DNA of 64,000 bases from Entomortierella parvispora E1425 (lineage: Eukaryota > Fungi > Mortierellomycota), in NCBI GenBank assembly GCA_020891255.1, contig BQFW01000007.1, positions 558,001 to 622,000 on the forward strand, in the 5' to 3' direction. The position numbers and the translations under genes were made by a program. The notes beneath the pieces are model-generated. The model was not told where the DNA came from, did no database searches, and saw only the letters and a program-made list of their open reading frames with translations. This document shows, one piece after another, positions 22,968 through 35,315 of the stretch; position 1 is the stretch's first letter, and the number at the start of each line of letters is the position of its first letter.

Positions 22968-24274
22968 CTATCGTCCAAAGACACTGCCAAGAACACTCTT
23001 GATCTTGCCCTGTACAGGACCAGACTTTGGTGCCTCGGATGCCCTTGACTTTTGGTCGCCGTCGTTGTCTCCACCAAGGCGTCGTTGCTTGAAGGCACGG
23101 CGGACTCCCTTGGTCTCGCCACCTGCTGCTGTGGATGCCGTATTTGCTGTTGAAGACCCCTCTCCTTCCTCTGCCTTGCGTTTGGCTGCCTTCTTTTCTT
23201 CCATGTTCTTGATCATCTTTGACTTTTCAATGTTGTTCATAATAAACTTGTTCTCCCGCTTAGCCTGACTGATCTCTGCCTGCAATCTCTGAGCACGTGA
23301 AGCATTCTCGTACGCTATAGAAACGATGGAATGTCAGAATACAAGTATAATTATGAGAGTCATCTGGATGATTGATGGGAGTGACACCAGAAAAAAAAAA
23401 GAAAAAAAAACCTCCTACCGATTCTCTCTGTCAAATGGTTCCACTTGAATTTTGGCAGGTATTTGATGTTCCACATGTCATCGTGGTAATAACTGCTCTT
23501 GTTGCCTCCGATAATCGTTGTATTGAGAGACTTTGCCACGTTCTTGGCCACAGCCTTGTCTACAAACTCAACCCATCCTTCCGTAAAGTTTTGCTTCTTG
23601 TTGCCTCCATACTTTTTTCTGCGGGCAGCAACCTTGGGATCTAGATGAGAGGGAAGTAAAAACATTAGACAGTAAGTATCACCTACAATTGAAGATCAAG
23701 AAGGACGGCATGCTGCTCTTTCAACATTGTCCTCACCTTCAGGAGCCAAGTAAACACGACCGAGCTCTCCAAATTTGCCCAACAAGTGTCGCAGCTTGAC
23801 GGGCTTCATAAAAGGAGGGATCTTGGAGAGGTATACGATGCCAGCTTTGTCACGGGCAGCCTGGAACTTCTCCAAGGCCTCGGGTGTCAGAGGCTGAACT
23901 CGTTTTGTCTTCTTGGTCCGTACGCGAGTCTTTTTCTCTCCATCTGCCTCGCTTTTGGTGTCACCAAGTTGGAATCTTGGGTCGGACGACTGAGATGTGG
24001 TCATGGTATCATCAGCCTCCTCATTGTCTTCCTCCTGAGAGCTGTAATCGTCGTCATCCTCATCGCTGTCGTTATCACCTTGATCAAGTCCAAAGACAAC
24101 TGTGTTTGCCTTTGCCTTCTTCGACTTGGCACCACTCTTCTTGGAAGCCTTGCGCATGTGTGCTGCCTGCTTGTCATCGGAATCGTAGCCAGAGCCATTG
24201 TCGGATGCGCTACCATCGTCGTCACCTCCAGGGAGGTTGAACAGGTCTTCACTTTTAGCTGTCTTGGAAGTCAT
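22968..24274 (-). CDS. ESF2: Pre-rRNA-processing protein Esf2/ABT1, 3 exons
   Basis: GIVYLSKIPPFMKPVKLRHLL, FTEGWVEF, IIGGNKSSYYHDDMWNIKYLPKFKWNHLTE and AYENASRAQRLQAEISQAKREN are Esf2 hallmarks. Confidence 0.94.
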
Positions 24275-24403
24275 GTCGGGTAGGGGAATGATGGGAATGA
24301 AGTGTAGTCTGATGCAAGTCCATGCGTTCCAGGGCGATTTCTTTTTTCTTTTTTTTCGGTTTGTTTTTTAGAAAATTGGTGGCAACCGACCAGCAGTCAC
24401 TTT

Positions 24404-26091
24404 TTATTTTTCGCTTTGCTGGGACGGACGACGAAACCTCTCGATGAAGGCCCCGGTTTGTGAAAACACCAAAAAGGTAACGGCACTCGCTGGCGCTGCC
24501 TTGAGGATACCAGGAAGAAGGCCCTTGTAAAGGGCCAAATATCCCTCGTTCTTCACGATGTGCACCATACACTTCCAAACAGTTGTAGGTAAGCCCTTTG
24601 CTGCTGCAGGCGCGGATGGCAAAGTTCCCTTGAGAACTGAGGTATTATTTGAGTTGATGGCGGGTTGGGCCGCGAATACTCCTTGATTAGTTTTTTGCTG
24701 GTCAGATCCTTGAATTTGAAGTCGTTTCCGGACCATGTCCAATGGGTATACTGCCGTCTTTGAGATCACACCTGACATGGCGCCACAAAACATATCCTCA
24801 AGCCCCAACAATACCTGCGCCATAGTCTTTGTTGATGCCTCGGATTTTGACGAGGCGCCACCCTTTGATTCTTCCAGTTGCGCCTTAGCCTTTAGCCAGG
24901 AAATAGCATGTTTCAAGGTATCGTAGGATCCAAACATGACTCCCATGTACGGAATTACTTGAATAAGAGCTGGAGCCATTCCTCTATAATACCCTGGTAT
25001 CCCGTCTTTCTTGTAGATGTGTTGAAATGCTTGAATTATTCCAGTATAGACCTGCGTGAAAAACACAGAATAACGTTAATCTAACAGAACTCAATATCCT
25101 TTTGAGTAATATGCCTTCTGATATCTTGAATCTGTTTGCATACCTTGACATCACGCTGGATAGCAAAACGAGTCCGCAAGAGGTCAAAGGGATATGTACA
25201 GGCGGTAGCCATGATACCTGCAGTGGCTCCACTAATAAACGATTGCACCGTAGATGATCCTGCTATGCTTGTCAAAATTTGACTTGGTGCGGCTTTGGAC
25301 GGAGATCCTGTCAAACTCCTAGATTTCACCTTTTGAGCAGCAATGTCTGCTGTCTTTGACAAAAGCAGTTTCGTTTGTTGATAGACCAAGAACTGAATCC
25401 CTCCGTAGGTGAGATAAAGATACTCTGCAGCCATGTTTCCCTTCCAAAGACCCTATACAATCCAAGTTGTGAAGAATGAGAAATCTGAATCCTGCGATGG
25501 CTCCTACTACCTTGCGTCATCAAGGCGGATAAAATAAATAAACGTACCCTGATGCCCTCCTCTCGAGCAATCATGGCCATTCCTGAAAACATCCCCTTGT
25601 ACTTTGGTTGTACCGATCCGGGTGTGCCTGTACGCGTCATGGTCGCGTCACCTTTAGCATCTACCCGTGCATGATGCAGGTCCGTACTTGCATTCAAAAT
25701 ATCTGCTGCAGCTTTTCTTCTGAGAACTTTTGGAAGGTCTTTTCGTTGGGTTTGAATCTAGAAGGGGCTTGGGCATTAATAACAGATTCGGTAAAACAGA
25801 ATAAGACCACCACAATGATAACAAAAAGGGCCCGCAGGATCGTACTTGAAGTCTGATCTTGACAACATCCAAAGGCGCGATCACAAACCGAGAGACGACG
25901 CCAGCTGTAGATCCGCAGAGTACTGTCTCGATCTTTGTGAGGTTTGGAGCCCCAGCAGCTATACTCTGCCTATCATGAGGCTTGTCGCTGTTTGTGGTGG
26001 ATCGCTTTGTTGTTGGGGCAGTGGTGGTGGTCGTGACAGAGGAGGAATGGGAGAGGGAGACAGGGTCTGGGTGGATGACAGGCTGAGCCAT
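24404..26091 (-). CDS. TPC1: Mitochondrial carrier, probable thiamine pyrophosphate carrier (Tpc1/SLC25A19), multi-exon
   Basis: Three carrier signatures: APLDVVKIRLQ, YPFDLLRTRFA, YPLDMVRKRLQ. GLWKGNMAAEYLYLTYGGIQF resembles the Tpc1 subfamily. Confidence 0.82.
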
Positions 26092-26842
26092 GTCTTTACT
26101 GAACCGATGGTGAAGAATGATGAAGAAAAGGGTGGATGGATGAGATGAGAGAACGAAGGGAGAGGGAGAGCGGGGGGAGAAAGGGAAGGAGAACGAACAA
26201 AAGAACAAAGGAACGAAGGGACGAAAGAACGAAGGAGAGAAGGAAAGGGGAGGATGGCCAACCTTGTTTGTCCCCTGTCCCACAGGATTCGTCCACAAGA
26301 GCCAAGGTGGGAAAGTGGGAGCGGGCAAAGGGGAAAAAAAAAAAAAAAATGTGACTGCGACTTCAAAGGATGAGCGCGCGTTAAGGGGCATAAACAAAAA
26401 AAATTCTTTTTCTTTTTTTTTTTCTTTTTTTCCCTTCCTCTGTTTGCCACCGTGGACACAGGGCACAGAACCAGAAAACAAAAAAAAAGAAGAAAAAAAA
26501 AAGGCACACTCTCCCAGACAGATTCAGTCCTCCCATTGTGCCACCATCACACCGCCCCTCCTTTGCTGGTTTGAATCTTCTTCTTCTTCTTCCTCTTCTT
26601 CTTTTCTCTTCCTCTTCCTCTTCCTCCCTCCCTCCTCCTCCATCCCGATCTGCATCTCCCCTCCCTCCCCCTCATCTCTGCTTCCCCACTCGCATTGTCC
26701 CTTCTTTTTTTTTACCTTATTTCATTTTCATTCATTCATTTACTGTTGTATTTTACCCTTCTCTCCTTCCACAAACAAACACACGCGCCTTGCCCCTTGC
26801 CCTTTCATTCCCCACACTCCCGCCCACATAATCAATCAAATC

Positions 26843-29800
26843 ATGTCGAACGTCCCTCAAGAAGTCCTCCAGCAGTTGGTGCAGGTCCTCTCCAATCTCG
26901 TTTCCAACGACAATGCTGTGCGTTCGGCCGCCGAGGAGCAGCTGAACAACCAGTGGATGGTCAAAAGCCCCGATGCCCTCCTTTCCGGATTTGCCTACCT
27001 CTCACGCAACAGTGAGGAGGCCGATGTAAGCTTGTTTGCCTTGGTCTGCTGCAGGTCCACATGTCCCTTGCGTTTCTGTTACTGACTCCACACCTCCATC
27101 TCTCTTGCCTTCTCTTTATGTACTGCTGACTTTCTGGACAATCGAATCAAATCGACTATGGACCTAAAACTTGTCGACGTTCACCAGCTTCGCTCATTTG
27201 CTGCCGTTCTCACACGCCGCGTGGCTTTCAAAGGAATCCCCAACCCCAACCAGGACCCCGAGGCTGATGAGATTACTCTTTGGGAGGTGACACAGGAGGA
27301 GACCCGCAACGCAATGAAGACCCACTTCTTGGCCGGACTCTCTGAGGAACAAAACAAGTCTGTCCGTAACAAGGTGTGCGATACCATTGCCGAGATGGCT
27401 CGCGCCTCAACTGCCAGCGAACGTATGTTGTCGTGTTTCCGCGTTTTTTTGACCCACAGGGACGCGTCCTCTGTTTGAAAGTATCGTGCTCACACACTAC
27501 TTGCGCACATGCCCACTAATCCTCCTGAACACTCTTCATCATGTAGAGGCCTGGCCTGAGATCTTGCCTGCTCTCTTCCAATGCACAAAGTCGCCTTCTC
27601 CAGAGCACCGTGAGTCTGCTTTCCGCATCTTCACCTCTGTTCCCAACCTGATCTCTGGACAGCATGCAGATATCCTCAAGTCTGTCTTTGCTGAGAGCTT
27701 GCGTGACGAAAACCTCCATGTAAGGAAGCCAGGAACTGGGTGATAACGCAGACATTTTCGAAATTGAAGTGGACCTCTTGAGTATTTCAGTACTGATCAG
27801 AAGTGTGCGTGATCCATTGTAGGTTCGTCTTGCTGCTGCAAAGGCTGCTGTCTCGTTCATGTTGGATACCAACAACGCCACTCGCAACTCCATGGCATCT
27901 TTGATGCCCCAGCTTTTGGAGGTCTTGAACGCATTGGTGGCTGCAGGAGATGAGGACTCTTTGATCGAGGGATTGGTTGTCATGATCGAGTTGGCTGAGC
28001 ACTCCCCCCGCCTGTTCCGTCATGTTATCGTGGATGTTCTCCCTTTCATGATCGAGATTGTCAAGAAGAAGGATCTTGAGGATCGCACTAGACAGTCGGC
28101 CTTGGAGCTGTTGCTTACCTTGGCTGAGTGCGCCCCCGGCATGGTTCGCAAGGTGCCCGACTATACGACCACGATTGTCCCCGTTGCTCTCGAGATGATG
28201 ACTGAACTCGAGGAGGATGAGGATTGGTACACCACCGATGACTTGGATGAGGGCGACAATGACGAGAACTATGTCATTGGAGAGCACGCTATGGATCGTC
28301 TGGCCCGTGCTTTGGGTGGCAAGGCTATGCTCCCTGTCTCGTTTGTGTATATCCCCCAGATGCTCGCCAACGAGAACTGGAAGGCTCGCCACGCTGCTCT
28401 CTTTGCCGTGTCTGCTATCGGTGAGGGCTGCGTTCGTATCATGGAGGCCGAGCTTGGAAAGATTATCAACATGATCCTTCCCTTCTTGAGAGATCCCCAT
28501 CCCCGTGTCCGATATGCTGCCTGTAACGCCATCGGTCAAATGTCGACTGATTTTGCTGGACCCATGCAAAAGAACCACCACGCTGTTGTCTTGACCAACT
28601 TGATCCCCGTCATGGATGATGCACCTTTCCCCCGTGTTCGCGCCCATGCCGCTGCTGCTTTGGTCAACTTTTGCGAGGCCGTGGAGAAGGGCACCTTGGA
28701 GCCCTACTTGGATGCCATCTTTGAGCGTCTTTTGTCCCTCCTCAACACCGGTACTACCTATGTTCAGGAGCAGGCCATCACCACCATTGCCACTGTTGCC
28801 GATAGTGCCGAGGATCGCTTCGTCAAGTACTACAGCAGCATCATGCCCCTCCTTATTAACGTCCTTCGTCAGGCTACCAACAAGGAGTACAGATTGCTTC
28901 GTGGAAAGGCCATGGAGTGCGCCAGTTTGATCGCCCTGGCTGTTGGCAAGGAGGTCTTTGCTCCTCATGCCCAAGAGTTCATCCAGCTTTTGGTCCAGAC
29001 CCAGGCTAGTGTCACTGAGGCCGATGATCCTCAGGTTTCTTACCTCTTGGCTGCTTGGGCCCGTGTCTGCAAGGTCCTTGGCCGCGACTTTGTTCCCTAC
29101 TTGGATATTGTCATGCCTCCTCTGTTGACCAGTGCTCAGCTCAAGCCCGACTTTGCTGTTCTTGACCCTGAGGATGATATCGAGTCCAAGTACTCAGCCG
29201 AGGATGGTTGGGAGTTTGTCGGTGTCGATGGTCAGCAGATTGGTATCAAGACCACTGTCTTGGAGGAGAAGTGCACCGCTGTTGAGATGTTGATCTGCTA
29301 TGCTCGTGAGCTCGGACCTGGTTTCCGCCCCTACATTGAGAAGGTCCGCGACATTGTCGTGCCCTTGCTCAAGTTCTACTTCCACGATGGTGTTCGCCAC
29401 GCCGCCGCTGCCACTTTGCCCCAGCTCATTTCCTGCGCCAAGCAGGCTGAGCTCGGCCAGGACTATGTCATCAACTTTTGGCACGGAATCTGCGCAAAGA
29501 TCTTGGAAGTCATGGCTACGGAACAAGACCCCGCTTTCCTTCTTCAGCTTTATGTCTCCTTCTACGAGTCCTTGGACTTTATGAACGGACCCAGTCTCAC
29601 ACCTGCTCTCCTTGAGGAGTTCACTCGCGCCACTGAGGCTCAGCTCAAGGAGTTCTACGCTCGCTTGAAGCACCGCGAGGAGGCTCGCGCCAGCGCCGAG
29701 TTTGAGGCCGAGGATGAGGAGACCATCCAGGAGGAGGAGATGAGCGAGGAGGCTGTGCTCGGCGAGATGTCGCGCACCATCCACAGCGTGTTGAAGACCC

Positions 29801-30663
29801 ATGGAGTTGCCTACTTGCCCATGTTCAAGTCTCTGGAGCCGGTGATTGCCACTTTCCTCAACGACACCAACTCTGCCGCTCGCCAGTGGGCCATCTGCGT
29901 TCTCGATGATCTGATCGAGTTCACCGGTCCCAACTCCTGGCCCGTCATGATCCCTTACCTGCCCAAGATGCTCGAGTCTGTTTTGGACTCTGCTCCAGAT
30001 GTCCGCCAGGCTGCCTGCTATGGTATGGGTCTCTGTGGTCAGTTTGGTGGACCCGACTACGCCGAGGTCTGCAGTGCTGCTTTGACACCCTTGTTCCAGG
30101 TCATCAATGCCCCCCAGTCAAGAGAGATTGAGAACGTGTTCGTGACTGAGAACGCTCTCTCGGCCGTGACCAAGATCTGCAAATTCAACAGCAGCAAGTT
30201 TGATGTGAACACTGTCTTGCCCTCTTGGGTCCAGGCTCTTCCTCTCCTCAATGACGAGGAGGAAGCCCCCACCACATATACCTACCTCTTGGATCTTATT
30301 GATGCGTAAGTTTCAAATTATTTTTTTCTATTTTTTTTTTTTTTTTTTTTGCCTCCTTGAACAGATTTTTATGATCTTTTTTTTCCAAGATTGCTCACCC
30401 AAAACTCACCTATTCTCTCTTTTCTTTGATCGTTCAGTCAACATCCTTCAGTCCTTGGACTCAACAACGTCAACATGCCCCATTTGGTCACCGTGATGGT
30501 TGAGGCTTTGGTAGCAGGTGTCATCCCAGAACCCATTGCTGGCCGTATGGTCCAGACCTTGAAGGCAGCTCTCGGCAGCATGGACTCGAACATGACATCG
30601 ACCATCTGGAATAGCATTTCGCCCGAGAAGAGAAAGACTCTTCAGGACTTGAACTATCTGTAA
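26843..30663 (+). CDS. KAP121: Importin-5/karyopherin beta-3 (Kap121/Pse1/Sal3), multi-exon
   Basis: HEAT-repeat protein with SNDNAVRSAAEEQLN, MDRLARALGGK, DPHPRVRYAACNAIGQMSTDF, LRGKAMECASLIALAVGKE, IGIKTTVLEEK and RQAACYGMG. Confidence 0.92.
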
Positions 30664-31705
30664 ACATTTGTTCCCACCCCCCTCTATGTCTCTCTCTCTC
30701 TCAAACTCATTTTTGTTGTAGTTTATCAAATCTTGGGAGCGAATTGCTATGCTAGGGTAAAATAGGAAATGAAGGGAAAGAAGATATCATAATAGAAAAC
30801 CTCATTTGAATACGTAAAAGAAAGAAGAATCAACTCATCTCATATTCATATTTCATTACATGTTTTTTGCATCAGAGTGTGTGCCCTGAACGTTTCTTTT
30901 TTTGTGTGTGAGTGGTCCATGGTTGGGAGATAGGGGAAGAAACTCTGGACCCAGCCACCTCGCCTGGCTGAATATTATTTCTGCTGTCGAAGGGCTGGGA
31001 CAAAATCTCGCCCTCTACTACAACTGTACTTTGTTGTGGTGTTGTGGAGGTACTAGTACAGTGGGTGTGATGGAATTGTATGAAAAGGTTGGAGTTCTTG
31101 ACTTGAAAGTTGTGTCCAAAGATACTTGATTTTCTCTTATAACGTGCCTATAAGATGTGTGTTGCTCATTGTAATGGAGCCTCTAGGCGGCGTTCCTCTT
31201 TGTTTCTGTCTCCTTGTTTCCCTTATTCTTTGTTTCTAGTTGCTATTCTTCACGCGAGTTCCTTTTTTTCATTTGCTTCAGCCTGTCTATGGAGCCAGTC
31301 CATCTCCATCTGAATTTGGACACGTCCCGGGTGTAGCTTGCTCTGTATACTGAGTCGGCCGCTGCTGTATATCAGTGGCGTCGCAGAGCACATGGTGGTG
31401 TCCTCTTAATGGGTGTAGATCATAAGGGCGTTGCGCTCTTTACAGTATTGCTCCTGATATTCAGAAAGCAATTTTTTTCTTCTTTACTGATGACACCTCC
31501 AGAAACTCCTGCTCCCCTCATATTATCATTCGCTTCCTCCATCTGAGATCTTTCAACAATTCCTGGCACCTTCCTTCAGGCTCTACTGTGTCTTGTAATA
31601 ATGTTGCAGTTTTTCGCTCTTTTGCTTAGATACACGTCAACCAACCATGCTAACTTTCCGATTTACTGTGGTAGATCTTCAAGCTTTTCTTTTTTCTATC
31701 GCAAT

Positions 31706-31906
31706 ATGTGCAAGAAACTCACAACATACTGCTGCTTATGTGCTGAGCAAGAGGAGTTCACGATTGACCCCTGCAAAGACAAGCCTGTCTGTAACAAAGA
31801 CATAAGGTTCATCTTTATGGCTTGTCTAAACTGCTTGGTGCCAAGATTCACGGTCGATGATGTCGTACCAGGGGCCAGCATGTTTTTTCCCAGTAACCCG
31901 AAATAA
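31706..31906 (+). CDS. Possible 66-aa Cys-rich microprotein (MCKKLTTYCCLC...C...C...CLNC)
   Basis: 8 Cys within the first 43 aa, with a terminal CxxC. A GCTAAC branch point and TAG acceptor lie just upstream. No homologue recognised. Confidence 0.33.
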   Translation: MCKKLTTYCCLCAEQEEFTIDPCKDKPVCNKDIRFIFMACLNCLVPRFTVDDVVPGASMFFPSNPK

Positions 31907-32006
31907 ATTCACTTTCTCTCACTTCCACTTAGTTGAGGAAGAGCTACGTTCCTTACGCTCAAGTCGCCCAGGCGCAGACCCAACTGCGTTCACTTCTTTC
32001 TTGGAA

Positions 32007-32507
32007 GCTATGAGTCGAGGTTGAGCAACGGCGTACCCTTCCACCACAGTGCGCTCGCCCTGTTGCGACCACTTCTCACGCTCTCAGTGTTGTCTTGCTT
32101 GTGCGTTGTTTTTTCGTGCCAACAACACAACTTTCAGAATTTCCGGGGGGCACTTTTTTGTCACCCTTTTCTCTCTTTCATGCTATGAGTCGAGGTTGAG
32201 CAACGGCGTCACCTGTTGCTACAATGTATTCGCCCTGTTGCGACCACTGCTCACGCTCTCAGTGTTGTCTTGCTTGTGCATTGTTTTTTTCGTCCCAACA
32301 ACACAACTTCTAGAATTCCCGGGGACACTTTTTGTCACCCTTTTCTTTCTTTCATGCTATGAGTCGAGGTAGAGCACCGGTGTAACCTTTTTCTACAGCA
32401 TGTTCGCCCTGTTGCGACCACTGCTCACGCTCTCAGTGTTGTCTTACTTGTGCATTGTTTTTTTCGCCCCAACAACACAACTTTCAGAATTCCCGGGGTC
32501 ACTTTTT
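32007..32507. repeat. Tandem array of three ~175-bp units starting at 32007, 32182 and 32356
   Basis: Each unit starts GCTATGAGTCGAGG and shares CGCCCTGTTGCGACCACT, CTCACGCTCTCAGTGTTGTCTT and CAACAACACAACTT. The third unit is 3'-truncated. Confidence 0.95.
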
Positions 32508-32616
32508 CTCAACGAGGTGGCTCGGTTCAGCGGAATGTTCAAATTTGGTGGCAAAAAGAGATGAAGTTTGGTGGCAATGTTTTTTTTCTTCTGTCAAAGG
32601 TTTCATGACGAATGCT

Positions 32617-34028
32617 TTAGTATTGATAACTAGTGTAGTTTTGCTGCTGTTGTTGTTGCATCTGCTGCTGCTGTTGTTGAAACTGATGCTCCTGGAAGAG
32701 GCGCTGCTGCTCGTATTCAGCCTCTTGCTGCTGACGTTGCTGGTACGTCATATTGGGACGGGGTTCTGGGGGAGGGGTAAAAGAACTGGTGAGCAAGGAT
32801 GTGGGCCGGTCCTGGTTGGCGGCCACGGAGGGTAACAAGGAGCTGGGACGTGACAAGGACGCCCCAGAGGGTGAAGAGGACATGTGTCCGAATTGACTGT
32901 TGTGGGCGGCAGCAATGGGCGTTTGGGGTCGGGAAGAGTTGGATCCGGAATCATTGTCGGAATAAGGTCGATGGGAGTTGAGTTCGGCCATTTGAAGTTG
33001 TTGTTGAGCTTGCTGATGCGGTTGAACGGGAGAGTACCCTGCCACACTGGCTGTGACGCTTGAGAGCTCGTTGTACCGGGCACCTGAAGCTCCCACGGCC
33101 AAGGACGATCCTCCTGCGCCGGCTCCGCCATAAGGAGAAGAGTTTAAAGGTTCTCTGAGTTTCTTGGACACTTGGGCTTGAACGGCTCTCTTGTTGGAGT
33201 AACGAATATAATAAAAGCCGACAAAGCCGGCGAGGACCAAGGCGCCCACAGCACAACCGACACCAATGACGACCTTCTTTGTCTTGTCCGTGATTTCGAT
33301 GGGTCCTGTGGTATCAGGATCATCTGGAGGCTGCTCCGAAGGGTCTGGGTTGACCGTGCCTCCTCCGCCCACAGGTGGCACAACGCCTGGTCCTACCAAC
33401 AACATGGCTTTACAATTGGCAGATCCCGAAGCAAGGACTCCCGTTGTTGGGTCCGTGTAGTTCCAGTCAAACTGTCCTCGATATTGCTATGAAAAGGAGA
33501 GGAGTAACGAAAACGAGCAAAAGGGTATTTTCCACAAGCATTAGTATCAGTCGGTCTAACACCACAGCATTTTTCTTTTTTGCTTTTTTTGTTTGGGATG
33601 AGGAAACAGAAAAGGATAGAGAGGGCAGAGGAAGAGAACCAAGTGCTTACATTGGAAGGACAAGAAGAAGCCTGGGTCATGATGGTCTGGTTGACGACCC
33701 ACGTCTGAGGCGAGACAGATCCAGTGGCGTTCAAGGTGGTGATGGTCTCCATGAACTTGTCATTCTCGATACAATACAGATCCAGTCGGAAAGTATCGAT
33801 GGGATACGCACCAGTATCGTTCCATCCAAATTTGACTGTGGATCCAACACGGAACGTGTCGGATCCCTTTTGAGTACAATAGATATCGGCCATGCCCGGT
33901 TGAGGCATGCATCCCAACGTCGCCAAACAGGCGAGGGCGGCCATCTTTGTAAATCTAGACAACATCCTGCCGCTGTTTTTTGTTGATCCAGTTGTTGTTG
34001 GTGACGGCAATGATGATGTCGGTGACAT
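32617..34028 (-). CDS. Type-I single-pass membrane protein: signal peptide, Cys-containing ectodomain, Pro/Thr stalk, TM helix and Ser/Gln-rich tail; 2 exons
   Basis: Signal-like MAALACLATLG. Ectodomain IYCTQKG...VKFGWND...LYC...C splices after SCPSN (GTAAGC) to QYRGQFDWNY...NCKAML. TM segment VVIGVGCAVGALVLAGFVGFYYI is followed by RYSNKR. Confidence 0.8.
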
Positions 34029-34830
34029 TGCGGATATAATGGAATAGAAGGATAGGAAAAAAGGTGGCTTCGTTTCTTCTTCTGTAACGGTTGTGTTTCC
34101 AGTTGGTTGTTTCGCTTTGCTATAGGGGCGAAACGAGGGGAAGGTTAGAGACAAAGAGGTCATTCGAGCTGCTGTCAAAAATGGTCGACTGGTGACATGA
34201 GGACAAAAGATGAAAAAGACGAGAGGTAGGGTGGTGAGGGTGGCAGAGAGGGGTGGACAAGGAGAAACGGTGATGCTTGTTTCAATAACAGAGTCAACGG
34301 ACAACCTGTCTTTCCTGGCACAAAGAAAATATAAAAAGGAGGCCCATCCTAGTTCACACACCAGGTCCATCATCAATCCTCCTTTTGTCACAGAATAGCA
34401 AGGAGAAGGGGAAGGGCGAGAGAAATAAAGGCGAGAGCGAGAGAAAGAGCAAGAGAGAGACGTTGAAAGGAGAGCATGCCATGCATATTATATGTCCAGG
34501 ATAAAGGTACATCGGCAATCTTGACAAAGGAAGTACCTCAAGGCACAGATCTCTACGAAGGAAAGTGAAGGAAGGGACTGGGAAAGAAAGAAGAAAAGGG
34601 AAGGGAAGGGAAGGGAAGGGAAGGAAAGATGGGCAAGAAAACTCACCAGGAAACTGGCAGGAACAAGAGCTCGGGGCGAGATGAAAAGGCTCAAAAGGCG
34701 TTCAATCAGGGATAACCGAGGGACTTCAGGCACAGCAGAGTACGCGCGTGAAAATTAAAAGAAAAAAAAAGGTTGGGCGAGGTGGTGGCGGGCTAGGGGC
34801 GATGCCGAGGAAGAGATGGGAGCGTAAAAG

Positions 34831-34947
34831 AAGGAAGGAAGGAAGGAAGGAACAGTGAGAAGCGGATGTCAGCGAGGATGAAGAGGAACAAAGAGAGAAG
34901 GAACAAAGGAGGGAAGGAAGGAAGGAAGGAAGGAAGGAAGGAAGGAA
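34831..34947. repeat. (GGAA)n tetranucleotide microsatellites (34831-34850, 34912-34947) in a divergent promoter region
   Basis: Read directly from the sequence. Confidence 0.9.
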
Positions 34948-35315
34948 GAAGAGAAGCAGCTGAGACACGGCCCAAGGTTGTGTTTTGAACAAGTAGGCGA
35001 ACATGTTATTTGCGGTACTTTGTGCGGTGATATTGCAATGCAGGTATAAATAGAGAATGTAACTTTCTGTCAATTACACATCTCCGCCTGCCGCTCGTGT
35101 GCAATTAAGGAGGGCCAGATTCCTGCCTCGATCTGATCTGATCATGGACATGCATCCTGTCAGCTCCGCCCTCATTCACCTCCCTCCCTCCCTCCGTATT
35201 GACATTGTCGCCACCCACGTAGGAGTAGCCCACGCGTCCATTGCATCTAGTGAGCACAATCTCTCCTCCTCCTCGTCGTCTTGCATCCATCCGTTGAAAC
35301 AACTCCTCTCCTCTC

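Noticed and set aside
25654-27085. Long ORFs (275 aa and 273 aa) across the TPC1/KAP121 divergent promoter
   Set aside because: Only their ends are true first exons; the rest is translated poly-T and CT-rich promoter sequence.
27787-29802. 395-aa and 202-aa minus-strand ORFs inside KAP121
   Set aside because: Same in-register shadow effect from strong codon bias.
32007-32507. Calling the 175-bp array a CRISPR array or a repeat-peptide (KEP) gene
   Set aside because: The repeat is far too long for CRISPR, the variable windows are partly homologous and there are no cas genes. Reading frames are broken by T-run shifts and a stop.
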